A stretch of DNA of 64,000 nucleotides from Polyangia bacterium. Its GTDB lineage: Bacteria > Myxococcota_A > Polyangia > Fen-1088. Positions within the stretch are counted from its first letter, which is position 1; each line of letters begins with the position of its first letter. Under the pieces are notes generated by a model. It saw only the letters and a program-made list of their open reading frames with translations. It was not told the DNA's origin and ran no database searches. Position numbers and translations under genes: made by a program. The stretch spans positions 3,967-67,966 of the forward strand of contig DASYCK010000172.1 in the NCBI GenBank assembly GCA_036500205.1. Direction: 5' to 3'. This document shows positions 47,490-56,338 of this stretch, one piece after another.

Positions 47490-50063
47490 TCACGGCGTGA
47501 TCGCGGGCGACGGGTTGCCCGTGTAGATGGTCGGGCAGCGCGGCTTCGTGGCGTCGCTCGGGCAGGTCATCTCGAGGCCCTTGTAGACCGACAGGCTCAT
47601 GGCGGCGGCCGCGTAGCCGTTGGGGATGGTGTGGCCGTTGAGGCTGGCGAAGTAGGTCAGGCAGGCGTCGCGCCACCAGCGCGCCTCGTAGTGCTGCGTC
47701 TGCAGGAAGTCACCGACGTCCTTGTACCGCTTGGCGTCGATGCGCCCCTGCACCATCGTCCACTGGTCGCGCATCGTCTGCACGGAATCGACGCCCATGC
47801 TGTAGCGATACACGAGCTCGTTCCAGATGGTCCGGCCCGACGACGCCAGCGTGTCGTCCCAACCGACGTGCTGGAAGAACAGCAGGAAGTCGTCGGGGAT
47901 GGTGGCGAGGCTGGAGAACTTGTCCCCCACCATCGGAAAATACTGCGCCACCACGTTGCTCCCCTTGGCGGTCCGGTCGAACCCGATCCCCTTGGCGTCG
48001 GCCTTCTCGAAGTAGACGGGGTTCTGATTGGCCACGCTCACGTTGCTGATCCAGGGCGCCGGCCCGTAGTGATCGTTCGTCCCCATCATGTGCACCAGGC
48101 CCAGCGGCTCCATGTAGTTCACCGTGTTCTGCCGCGAATTCATCATCATCTGCGTCACCGGGGTCACCACGACCGGGTCGTTCGAGAACGTCTGGCGAAT
48201 CCACTCGTCGGCGATGTCCTGCGACGACTGCCCAGGATCCCACGCCAGGCGGCCGAACGCGTACCAGTTGGCCTGGTTGAAGTGCGAGCCCATCCAGGTC
48301 GCGTCGCTGCCGATGCCGGCCACGCCGGCCATGGCCGTGATGGCGTAGTTGTGCAACGAGCCGTCGATGACATGCGCCACCGTCGAGCCCTGCCCCTTGG
48401 CGTAGGTGTCGGACTTCAGGACCTCTTCCCACATCGGCCCCAGGTAGGACAGATGCGTGTCCTCGCCCAGGTACTCCTTGGTGATCTGCAGCTCCAGCGC
48501 CAGCGGCGTGCCCGGCATGGCACCGAACAGCGGATGAAAGGGCTCGCGCGGCTGAAAATCGAGCGGGCCGTTCTTCACCTGCACCATGGCGTTGCTGGCG
48601 AACTTGCCGTCGAGCGGCTTGAACTCGGTGTACGCCTGACCGACGCGATCGTTGCCGTTGTCGCTGTAGACGAAGGCGCGCCACATCACGATGCCGTTGT
48701 GCGGGGCCAGCGCGGCGGCCAGCATGTTGGCGCCATCGGCGTGTGTCTTGCCGTAGTCGGCCGGCCCCGGCTGCCCTTCGGAGTTGGCCTTCACCAGGAA
48801 GCCGCCGAAGTCGGGGATCTTTTGATAGATGGTGTTCACCTCGGTGACCCACCACTGCTTCACGTCACTCGAGGTCGGATCGGCCGTGCTGAGGTTTCCC
48901 AGCTGCCTGGGCGCGCCAAACTGCGCTGAGAGAAAAACGGCGATACCGTAGGGCCTGAACGCCGTGGCCAGCGCGGCGACCTTGTCGAGGTTGGCGCTGG
49001 TGAGGATCTGGACGTCGGCGTTGACGTTGTTCAGCACGACGCCGTTGATGCCGAGGGAGGCGTTGGCGCGCGCGTAGTCGGTGTAGCGCTGGGACAGCGT
49101 CCCCGGCAGCGCGCTCCAGTTCCACAGCGACTTCCCGGCATAGCCACGCTCGATGGTGCCGTCCAGGTTGTCCCAGTGGTTGAGCAACCGGTGCTGCACC
49201 TTGGGGGCGCCGCTCAACATGAGGCCCTGCACCGTGCGATGGCACTGCAGGTTGCGCAGCAGCGCGAAGGCGCCGTGGAGCACGCCGATGTCGCTGTTGC
49301 CGGCCACCACGATCGCCTTCTTCCCGTCGACGGTCGTCGCCTGCACGACGTAGCCCTCCGTGCCGGCCGCCGTCAGCGACAGCGCCAGCCCCTTCACGAT
49401 CGTCGAGGAATCAGGCGTCCCCAGCACCACCGCGCCGTCGCCGGTCGGCGCGTCGCTGGTGGGGATGGTGTTGCCGGTCAAGCCGCTCAACCCCTTCACG
49501 AGCTCGGACTGCGCCGCTTGCAGCGTGGCCGACGTGCCCGCCTTCACGACGTGGGTCAGGGCGGCCTGGTACTCCGCGAGCCGACCGGGGATGGGAACCT
49601 TGGGGTAGCGCAGCCAGAGCTGCGAGCCGTCCTCGTCGGCGGGCGGCGACGAAGGCTTCGGGTACGTCTCGGCGCCGCCAGCGCCACCGGAGCCTTGCGC
49701 CCCGCCGCTCGCCGTCCCCGAGCCACCGCTCGCCGTCCCCGAACCACCGCTCGCCGTCCCCGCGCCGCCGCTCGCCGTCCCTGAGCCACCGCTCGCCGTC
49801 CCCGAACCACCGCTCGCCGTCCCCGTCGAGCCTCCGCTGCCGTTCGAGCCGCCGCTCGCGCTCCCCGACGAGCCGCCGCTCGCGCTCCCCGACGAACCGC
49901 CGCTCGCGCTGCCCGACGAGCCGCCGCTGCTGCTCCCTCCGCTGCCGCTGTTGCTGGCGCCACCCGAGCCCGTCGGCTGCCCCGAGGTCGAGGAGCCACA
50001 GCCACCGGCCGAGACGAGGAGCGAGATGCAAAGCCCTGTGATCGACGATCGCACTTTGTTCAT
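47490..50063 (-). CDS. GH67 alpha-glucuronidase lipoprotein with long Gly/Ser/Thr/Ala repeat linker
   Basis: Internal ATG (MNKVRSSITGLCISLLVSAGGC lipobox). About 120-aa linker. DGSQLWLRY, GVLHGAFALLR and LNHWDNLDGTIERGYAGKSLW match GH67 as I recall it. Confidence 0.8.
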   Translation of the reverse strand: MNKVRSSITGLCISLLVSAGGCGSSTSGQPTGSGGASNSGSGGSSSGGSSGSASGGSSGSASGGSSGSASGGSNGSGGSTGTASGGSGTASGGSGTASGGAGTASGGSGTASGGSGTASGGAQGSGGAGGAETYPKPSSPPADEDGSQLWLRYPKVPIPGRLAEYQAALTHVVKAGTSATLQAAQSELVKGLSGLTGNTIPTSDAPTGDGAVVLGTPDSSTIVKGLALSLTAAGTEGYVVQATTVDGKKAIVVAGNSDIGVLHGAFALLRNLQCHRTVQGLMLSGAPKVQHRLLNHWDNLDGTIERGYAGKSLWNWSALPGTLSQRYTDYARANASLGINGVVLNNVNADVQILTSANLDKVAALATAFRPYGIAVFLSAQFGAPRQLGNLSTADPTSSDVKQWWVTEVNTIYQKIPDFGGFLVKANSEGQPGPADYGKTHADGANMLAAALAPHNGIVMWRAFVYSDNGNDRVGQAYTEFKPLDGKFASNAMVQVKNGPLDFQPREPFHPLFGAMPGTPLALELQITKEYLGEDTHLSYLGPMWEEVLKSDTYAKGQGSTVAHVIDGSLHNYAITAMAGVAGIGSDATWMGSHFNQANWYAFGRLAWDPGQSSQDIADEWIRQTFSNDPVVVTPVTQMMMNSRQNTVNYMEPLGLVHMMGTNDHYGPAPWISNVSVANQNPVYFEKADAKGIGFDRTAKGSNVVAQYFPMVGDKFSSLATIPDDFLLFFQHVGWDDTLASSGRTIWNELVYRYSMGVDSVQTMRDQWTMVQGRIDAKRYKDVGDFLQTQHYEARWWRDACLTYFASLNGHTIPNGYAAAAMSLSVYKGLEMTCPSDATKPRCPTIYTGNPSPAITP
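49705..49830 (-). repeat. in-frame 21-nt tandem repeat x6 (GTASGGS units) in the GH67 linker
   Basis: The + strand unit is CCGCTCGCCGTCCCCGAGCCA, with 1-3 substitutions per copy. Confidence 0.85.
49846..49917 (-). repeat. in-frame 24-nt tandem repeat x3 (SGGSSGSA units) in the GH67 linker
   Basis: GAGCCGCCGCTCGCGCTCCCCGAC occurs three times with 1-2 substitutions. Confidence 0.85.
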
Positions 50064-50319
50064 TGCGCCAACCTTCGTGTGGAGTGTCCCTCGCGCGCGT
50101 TCGCCCGACGCGCGCCGTCTCATCGTCACGCGAGCAGCCAGGTAAGGAGGACCAGCGGCCGCGACGGAGGCGCTGACGATAGCATCGAGTCCCGCGGCTG
50201 TGTCATCACCGCCCCGCCTCCGCTCGACGAAATTGCGATTGCAAGATCACTCCCCACGCCTCCGGGAATGTAGGGATGCGCGGTCCTCCGCGCGACGGCC
50301 CCAGCCGGTCCGTCGCGAC

Positions 50320-50440
50320 GATCGAGGCATCAGAGCGCGCATCGAGCGCGAGTCCCAGCACCGGGAGGCGCGGCTTCGCTGCGCGACGCAAAGCGCTCCG
50401 AATTGGGGGGCCCGCGGGTCGCCCGCGGGCCCCCCGCGCT
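50320..50440 (+). ncRNA. candidate structured small RNA / intergenic element, copy B
   Basis: Paralog of 40777-40842 (55/66 identical, no gaps). The same two hairpins are present. It ends in a 14-bp G6/C6-capped hairpin (50405-50435). Confidence 0.3.
50405..50435. terminator. 14-bp perfect GC hairpin 5 nt downstream of the porin stop
   Basis: GGGGGGCCCGCGGG-TCG-CCCGCGGGCCCCCC. Neither strand has a strong T-run. Confidence 0.45.
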
Positions 50441-51928
50441 CTAAAATTCCAGGTGCCCCCGTAACGAGAACACCCAGACGGGCCCGCGGGCGGCGTTGTA
50501 GCCCGGGTTCGTGATGAACTGAACGTCCTCCGCCACGAACGCGCCCCGCCAGATGTGGACGTTGTAGTAGTGCTCGAAGATCCGCTCGCGGGCGTAGGAG
50601 AGCCCGCCGTCGCCCAGCAAGAAGCCCAACCCGCCGAGGCGCAGATACTCCTGGTGCAGGCTGGAGATCCCGTTGCTGACGAAGGCCAGCCCCATTCGGT
50701 CGGTGGGGCGGTGCCACCTGCCGCCGGTCACGTCGCCCCCCAGCTCGATGGTGTTCTCGATCTCGGTGTACGCGAAGCTTTCGTTGGCGCCGCCGCTGGT
50801 GCCGAAGCGGCCGAAGACGCGGGCGCTGCCGGCCAGCTCCTGGCTGACGTTGACGCCGAACCCGCGCTTCACGCGCCCAGCGGCGCGGTGACAGGCGATG
50901 ACCGGCCCGGCGGGCAGCGCGACCATCGACTGCGCTTCGAGCGCCTGGCGGCACGCATCGTCTCCGGCGGGGTTCTGGTTGAAGGCGGCGATCGCCTCCC
51001 GGTAGCTGCCCATGTTCGCGTGGTTCTGATAGCCGAGCAGGCGCACCGTGCCCCGCCAGTCGGGGCGGACGCTGTACTTGAGCTCGAGCTCGATGTTGTC
51101 GGCCCGGCTGTTCGCCAGGTCGAAGTCGAGGTCGATGCCGTTCGCCACCTTCGGCATCAACATCTCGCCCAGGCGGGCCTCGACGCGAGGCCCCTGGTAC
51201 TCGGCCACGAAGCCGTAGGTGTAACCCCGCGTGTCGGCGGCGTAGTCGTAGGCCCCGTTGTTGTCGACCGACCAGTTCATGAACTGCAGGTGGCTGTCGG
51301 CCCCCGCGGGATTGATGTCGAACAGATCGGCTGTCGACATCTTGCCCAGCCGGAACTCCAGGCGGTGCAGGGGCACGAAAGGCATCGACGAGATGGGCCC
51401 GCGATCCTCGTTCACCACCCACTCGTCCGACAGCGGAACGATCTGATGCAGCTCGTAGCGCGCCGGGTAGGGCGCGTGCGACAGCGTCGGGTTTCGCACC
51501 ACGTCGAGGTTCGAGAACCCCGCGATGCCGAGCGCCTTCGACAGGCCGCCGCCCAGCGCCATCTCTGGATCGACGATCAGCTCGGTGGTGCGGGTCGGTC
51601 GGTACGCGAAGAAGCCGGTCACCAGGAAGGACAGCGCCGACTCACCGTTCGGCCGCAGGCTGTTCGTCCCCGAGTAGGGCGCCGAAAAGGACGGGTGATA
51701 CTGGAAGATGCTGTTGAGTTCCCCCCCGAGCCAGAACGGGCCCGTCCCGCCATGATCGACGAACGTCATACCGGAACCCGGCTGCGGCTCGGTCTCCGGT
51801 TCTTCGGGGTTCCTCGCCAGGGCACGCGCCCCCAGCAGGGACGACAGCGCCACGACGAGGACGGCGCGCGCGGCCAGGCGTTCCCGTCGAACGCGGGCGC
51901 GGCGGCGGTGGTGGCGGGGGGGGGCCAT
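50441..51928 (-). CDS. outer-membrane beta-barrel porin, OprB (carbohydrate porin)-like
   Basis: Arg-rich N-terminus followed by a signal sequence. Alternating beta-strand pattern. The C-terminal FITNPGYNAARGPVWVFSLRGHLEF ends in the terminal Phe typical of OMPs and resembles OprB-family ends. Confidence 0.6.
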   Translation of the reverse strand: MAPPRHHRRRARVRRERLAARAVLVVALSSLLGARALARNPEEPETEPQPGSGMTFVDHGGTGPFWLGGELNSIFQYHPSFSAPYSGTNSLRPNGESALSFLVTGFFAYRPTRTTELIVDPEMALGGGLSKALGIAGFSNLDVVRNPTLSHAPYPARYELHQIVPLSDEWVVNEDRGPISSMPFVPLHRLEFRLGKMSTADLFDINPAGADSHLQFMNWSVDNNGAYDYAADTRGYTYGFVAEYQGPRVEARLGEMLMPKVANGIDLDFDLANSRADNIELELKYSVRPDWRGTVRLLGYQNHANMGSYREAIAAFNQNPAGDDACRQALEAQSMVALPAGPVIACHRAAGRVKRGFGVNVSQELAGSARVFGRFGTSGGANESFAYTEIENTIELGGDVTGGRWHRPTDRMGLAFVSNGISSLHQEYLRLGGLGFLLGDGGLSYARERIFEHYYNVHIWRGAFVAEDVQFITNPGYNAARGPVWVFSLRGHLEF

Positions 51929-52016
51929 GGCGGGCGGGCATGTTAGTGATCATCGAGGCCCAGGTCCAAGGTCCCGGCTACGATGTTGTCGAGATGTGTT
52001 GGAGTCCAGGGACGTG

Positions 52017-53375
52017 ATGTCCGCCGCTGAAACAGCCTCGTCGTCGCGCCTGTCGGCGCTGCTGCGCCGGCATGGCTGGAACGCGACGTCGTTTCAGCTG
52101 CGCGAGCAAGGGTTCTCGTTCTTCTGGTCCGACGACGACGCCTGCGTCGGCTACGTCGACACGGGCCGCGCCTGGGTGGCGGCGGGCGCGCCGGTGGCCG
52201 CCCCCGAACGGCTGGCGGAGGTGGCGAAGGCGTTCGTCGCGGCGGCGCGCGCAGCCCGTCGTCGGGTCTGCTTCTTCGCGGTCGAGGCGCGCTTCGTCAC
52301 GCAGAGCGGGCTTCGCGCGCTGGCCATCGGCGATCAGCCGATGTGGAATCCGCAGACGTGGGGCGACGTCGTCGCGGCGAGCCGTGGCCTCCGCGAGCAG
52401 CTTCGTCGCGCTCGCGCCAAGGGGGTGTCCGTACGCGCGCTGCCGCCCGGTGACGCCGCGGATGACGACGGACCGCTGGCGCGCGCGCTGGTCGGGGTGA
52501 CCCAGCGCTGGCTGGGCACACGCGAGATGGCGCCGATGGGGTTCCTGGTGTCGGTCGAGCCGTTGCCCCGCTTCCCCGAGCACCGGTTCTATCTGGCCGA
52601 ACGCGATGGCCGGCTGCTGGCGTTCTTGCAGGCCACGCCGATCTTCGCGCGTCGGGGCTGGCTGTTCCAGAACCTGCTGCGCCTGCCCGAGGCGCCGAAC
52701 GGAACCAGCGAGCTGCTGATCGACGCCGGTCTGCGCGACGTCGCGCGCGAGGGGTGCGACATGGTGACGATGGGCCTGGCGCCGCTGTCCGGGAACATCC
52801 CCAGACCGCTGGCGGCGGTGCGCAAGCTGGGCCGACCGCTGTTCGACTTCGAAGGTCTGCGGGCCTTTCGGGAGAAGCTGCGACCGACGGAGTGGTCGCC
52901 TCAGTTTCTCTGCTTCCCCCGCTCCCAGGGCGTCATCCGCTCGCTGCTGGACGTCCTGACGGCGTTCGCGCACGGCAGCCTGACCCGGTTCGCGTTGCGC
53001 AGCGTGCTGCGCGGACCGTCGCTGCTGCTGCGCCTGATGGCGGTGCTGCTGGTGCCGTGGACGCTGGTGCTGGCCGCCGCGAACGACGCGTGGTTCCCCC
53101 ACCCCGCCGTCAAATGGTTCTGGGTCGGCTTCGACGTCGTCGTGCTGGCGGGGATGCTGAGGCTGTGCGAGCGGTGGCGCGCGCGACTGGCCGGTGCGTT
53201 GATGATCGCCATCAGCGCCGACGCGCTGGCGACCGCGCTCGAGGCGGTGGCGTGGAACCTTCGCCGCGGCGTCGGCTTCGTCGACGGCCTCATCGTGGCG
53301 ACCGCGACGCTGGCGCCGTCGTTCGCGGCGTTCGTGCTGCACCGGGCGCGGCGCCGCCGGCGCGACGCCGCCTGA
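52017..53375 (+). CDS. DUF2156 (MprF lysyl-PG-synthase C-domain-like) protein with C-terminal transmembrane region
   Basis: Internal ATG (MSAAETASS). LLRRHGWNATSFQLREQGFSFFWSDDDACVGYVDTGRAWVAAGAPV...GFLVSVEP...NGTSELLIDAGL resembles the aminoacyl-PG synthase domain. Four hydrophobic helices follow. Confidence 0.6.
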   Translation: MSAAETASSSRLSALLRRHGWNATSFQLREQGFSFFWSDDDACVGYVDTGRAWVAAGAPVAAPERLAEVAKAFVAAARAARRRVCFFAVEARFVTQSGLRALAIGDQPMWNPQTWGDVVAASRGLREQLRRARAKGVSVRALPPGDAADDDGPLARALVGVTQRWLGTREMAPMGFLVSVEPLPRFPEHRFYLAERDGRLLAFLQATPIFARRGWLFQNLLRLPEAPNGTSELLIDAGLRDVAREGCDMVTMGLAPLSGNIPRPLAAVRKLGRPLFDFEGLRAFREKLRPTEWSPQFLCFPRSQGVIRSLLDVLTAFAHGSLTRFALRSVLRGPSLLLRLMAVLLVPWTLVLAAANDAWFPHPAVKWFWVGFDVVVLAGMLRLCERWRARLAGALMIAISADALATALEAVAWNLRRGVGFVDGLIVATATLAPSFAAFVLHRARRRRRDAA

Positions 53376-53524
53376 TCAGCCGGGCCAGCGACGCCAGGCG
53401 TACCCGTATCGACCCGAGAACGGCCGACCAGCAGCTCGCCCGCCCCCAGCGCGCACACCAGCTCGGTGGCGCTGGCGAGCAGGGAGACGATTCGCCGCGG
53501 TTCGGGACGCCCCTCGCCCGGACA

Positions 53525-53953
53525 TCAGCGCGGGATCTTGCGCAGGACGGCGCCCACCTTCTCGTTCGAGCCGCACTTCTGCACGCCCGGCCCCATCTTC
53601 TGCATGGTCGCCATCATGTGCTGCCGCGCGGACGGGGGGAGCTTCTTCCCCGCGGCGCTGGCGGCCTTGGCCTTCATCAGCAACGCCTGGTTGGCGTCGA
53701 GGTGGGCGTCGAGATCCTTCGCCATCTTGTCGCAGTCGTCTTGATCGGCGTCGATGGTGCCGACGAACTTGTCGAAGAAGGCGACCCACCTGTCCACGTC
53801 GGCGGGGCTGACGAAGTTGTCGTCCTTGGCGTCCTTGGCGGGGGCGGCCTTCTTCTCTTGAGCGGCCTTGTCGTCAGCGCTCTTGTCGGCGGCGCGCGCC
53901 GACGCCGAGCCGGCGAGCGTGATCATCAGGAACAACAGACAGACCCGTTTCAT
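53525..53953 (-). CDS. hypothetical secreted Lys/Ala/Asp-rich protein
   Basis: The ATG is preceded by AAAGGAG. Signal MKRVCLLFLMITLAGSASARA. No family recognised. Confidence 0.55.
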   Translation of the reverse strand: MKRVCLLFLMITLAGSASARAADKSADDKAAQEKKAAPAKDAKDDNFVSPADVDRWVAFFDKFVGTIDADQDDCDKMAKDLDAHLDANQALLMKAKAASAAGKKLPPSARQHMMATMQKMGPGVQKCGSNEKVGAVLRKIPR

Positions 53954-54050
53954 GGGAGCTCCTTTGAGTGAGGCCGACAAAGCGGAGCGTCTACCACAAC
54001 CCCGGCGTCGAAGCCGGAGGACGGCGCGCCGGGAGCGGCGCGCGGGTCGG

Positions 54051-55370
54051 TCAGGGAAGGTCGCGCGCCGAGGTCATCCGCTTGTTGCGGAACCGCGCCA
54101 CCGCCGTCGCCTCGGGGTTCACGCGCAGGCTCCCCGTCTCCGCGTCGACCACCAGCAGATCGTCGGGACGGACCCACGAGAAGACCCCTTTGACGCTCGA
54201 CAGAAAAGGACGCCCCGCCGACCGGACGATCTCGGCGGCGATCGCGTCTTCGGGAAGCTCCCCTTCGATCACGAAGGCCGACGCGCCGCCGGCGATCGCG
54301 GCCACCGCCAGAAACACCCGCAGGTGCTCGGCCACCACGATGGCGCCGGGACGGATGAGCGGCCGGCCCGACATCGCCGCATGCGCCAGCACACACAGGT
54401 CCTCGATCTCGACGGCGCGATCGATCATCAGGTCGGCGGTCTCGCCGTCGTTCCAGGTGGTGCGAAACGAGACGCGCGCATATTCGCGGGCCAGCTCGGA
54501 CAGCGCCCGCAACGGATCGCGCGCCGCCGCGGCTGCCTCGATGCGCTCCCCCAGTCGGCTGTCATCGAGGATGGGCGCCAGGCACGCCACCTGCGTCTTG
54601 ATCGCCGTCGGCAACCCCTGGTCGACCTTGCGCAGGCCCTCGCGAAGGCGCCCCACCAGCACGTCGAAGTGAAACGGGACCGACGCCGCCTTGTCCCCCG
54701 AGCGCCCCACCGCCGCCAGGGTGGGCAAGATCTCGGCGCGCCCCATGGCGGTGCCGCGCGACAGGATGACCCCGGGCAGCCGCGCCACCGTCGACGTCGC
54801 CTGTCGGGAACGCTCGCGCTCACGCTCGGCGGCGCGCTCGAGCGCGTGGCTGATCACGGCGGCCAGCGCCGTCGCCAGCACCACCTCCTCGCCGTTGAAC
54901 GCATGCAGCGCCGTCCGCTGCAGCACCAGCACACCGGCCGCGCCCCCTTCGCGCACGACCGGCACCGCCAGCAGCACCGGAAACCGCTCCTCGCCCAGGC
55001 CCGGGATGTACTTGAAGTGCTCGTCGCGCTCGGCCGCGTCAACGGAGACGGGACGCATCCGCTGCGCCACGAAGCCGACGATGCCCTCTCCGGCGCGCAG
55101 GCGCACGCGGCCCACGGCGTCCACGGGGAAGCCGACGTTTCCACGCATGGTGAAGGTTCCGCCGCCGTCTTCCGGACCGTCATCGCGCACGTAGATGCTG
55201 ACGACGTCGGCGCCGGTCGTTTCTGCCACCTCGCGACACATGACCGACAGCACCTGATCGAGCGGCTGCTGCTGGCCGGCCACCTCGATCAGACGGAAGA
55301 TTCCATCGAGGCTGCGGTTACCGCGCTCGTGAACGAAGACAGGCGAAGCGGAGGTTTTGGTGGGGTCCAC
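54051..55370 (-). CDS. GAF domain + PTS enzyme-I N-terminal/swivel-like domains (truncated PtsP-like protein)
   Basis: GAF domain (VVSIYVRDDG...GEGIVGFVAQRMRPVSV...VLLAVPVV). The EI N-terminal helical region follows, and the swivel-like end is LLVVDAETGSLRVNP. The start is uncertain (GTG 55370 or 55388). The track start overlaps the transglutaminase gene. Confidence 0.6.
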   Translation of the reverse strand: MDPTKTSASPVFVHERGNRSLDGIFRLIEVAGQQQPLDQVLSVMCREVAETTGADVVSIYVRDDGPEDGGGTFTMRGNVGFPVDAVGRVRLRAGEGIVGFVAQRMRPVSVDAAERDEHFKYIPGLGEERFPVLLAVPVVREGGAAGVLVLQRTALHAFNGEEVVLATALAAVISHALERAAERERERSRQATSTVARLPGVILSRGTAMGRAEILPTLAAVGRSGDKAASVPFHFDVLVGRLREGLRKVDQGLPTAIKTQVACLAPILDDSRLGERIEAAAAARDPLRALSELAREYARVSFRTTWNDGETADLMIDRAVEIEDLCVLAHAAMSGRPLIRPGAIVVAEHLRVFLAVAAIAGGASAFVIEGELPEDAIAAEIVRSAGRPFLSSVKGVFSWVRPDDLLVVDAETGSLRVNPEATAVARFRNKRMTSARDLP

Positions 55371-55462
55371 CGGAGAAAAGGGTGCCACGCCGGCGGTTTC
55401 CGTCGCGTTTCCGGGAGGAAAAGATTTATCGCGTCCCGGCGGGGCGCGACGGGGGCCGCCCT

Positions 55463-56275
55463 TCAAGCGGCCTTGACCTCGTCGGTCCAGACGCGAAAGC
55501 TCTGCAGCGTGTTCGGCCCGAACGTCGTGGTGATGGCGACGTCCGCCGCGTCTCGCCCGCGCGCGATCAACACCCGCCCGATGCGCGGCTGGTTGTTGCG
55601 CGGATCGAAGGTGTGCCACGCCCCGCCCAGATAGACCTCGAACCAGCCCGCGAAGTCCATGGGCGCCGGGGACGCCGGTATCCCGATGTCACCCAGGTAG
55701 CCGGTGCAGTAGCGCGCCGGGATGTTGAGGCAACGGCAAAACGTGACGGCCAGGTGGGCGAAGTCGCGGCAGACGCCGCGCCGCTCGTTGAACACCTCCC
55801 ACGCCGTCTTGGTGGGGCTGGCGTACTGGTAGCCGAACTCGATGTGGTTGTGCACGAAGTCGCAGATCGTCTGCACCCGCGCCCAGCCGAGCGGCGCGTT
55901 GCCGAACAGCTTCCACGCCGTCTCCGTCAGACGATCGGTCTCGCAGTAGCGACTGCCCAGCAAGAACACCAGCGTCTCCTCGGGAAGCTGCTGCACCTGA
56001 TGTTGCGTCGCCCAGGGCGAGGGGACCTCGTACTGCCCGCTGTCGTTCACCACCGCGTCGCTGGTCACGCGAAACTGCCCTTGCGGCGCCACCACACGAT
56101 TGCACCAGTTCCCGAAGCCGTCGCGGTAGGCGGCGATCGGCACCGACGGGCTGGTGATCATGTGGTCCGGCCGCACCAGATCCGACACCCGCGTGTGGTG
56201 GACGTTCAACGTCAGGATCATGGGCGTGGGTTGGGGAAACTCGTAAACCAGCTCGTAACCGACTCGGATTTGCAT
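55463..56275 (-). CDS. transglutaminase-family protein (Bact_transglu_N + transglutaminase core)
   Basis: MQIRVGYELVYEFPQPTPMILTLNV, and a catalytic Cys region RRGVCRDFAHLAVTFCRCLNIPARYCTGY. Confidence 0.85.
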   Translation of the reverse strand: MQIRVGYELVYEFPQPTPMILTLNVHHTRVSDLVRPDHMITSPSVPIAAYRDGFGNWCNRVVAPQGQFRVTSDAVVNDSGQYEVPSPWATQHQVQQLPEETLVFLLGSRYCETDRLTETAWKLFGNAPLGWARVQTICDFVHNHIEFGYQYASPTKTAWEVFNERRGVCRDFAHLAVTFCRCLNIPARYCTGYLGDIGIPASPAPMDFAGWFEVYLGGAWHTFDPRNNQPRIGRVLIARGRDAADVAITTTFGPNTLQSFRVWTDEVKAA

Positions 56276-56338
56276 GGGTCTTTTATTCTCTCTTTGCGGC
56301 GCGCAACGTGGGATCTGACGATGATCGAAGCAAGGGAG

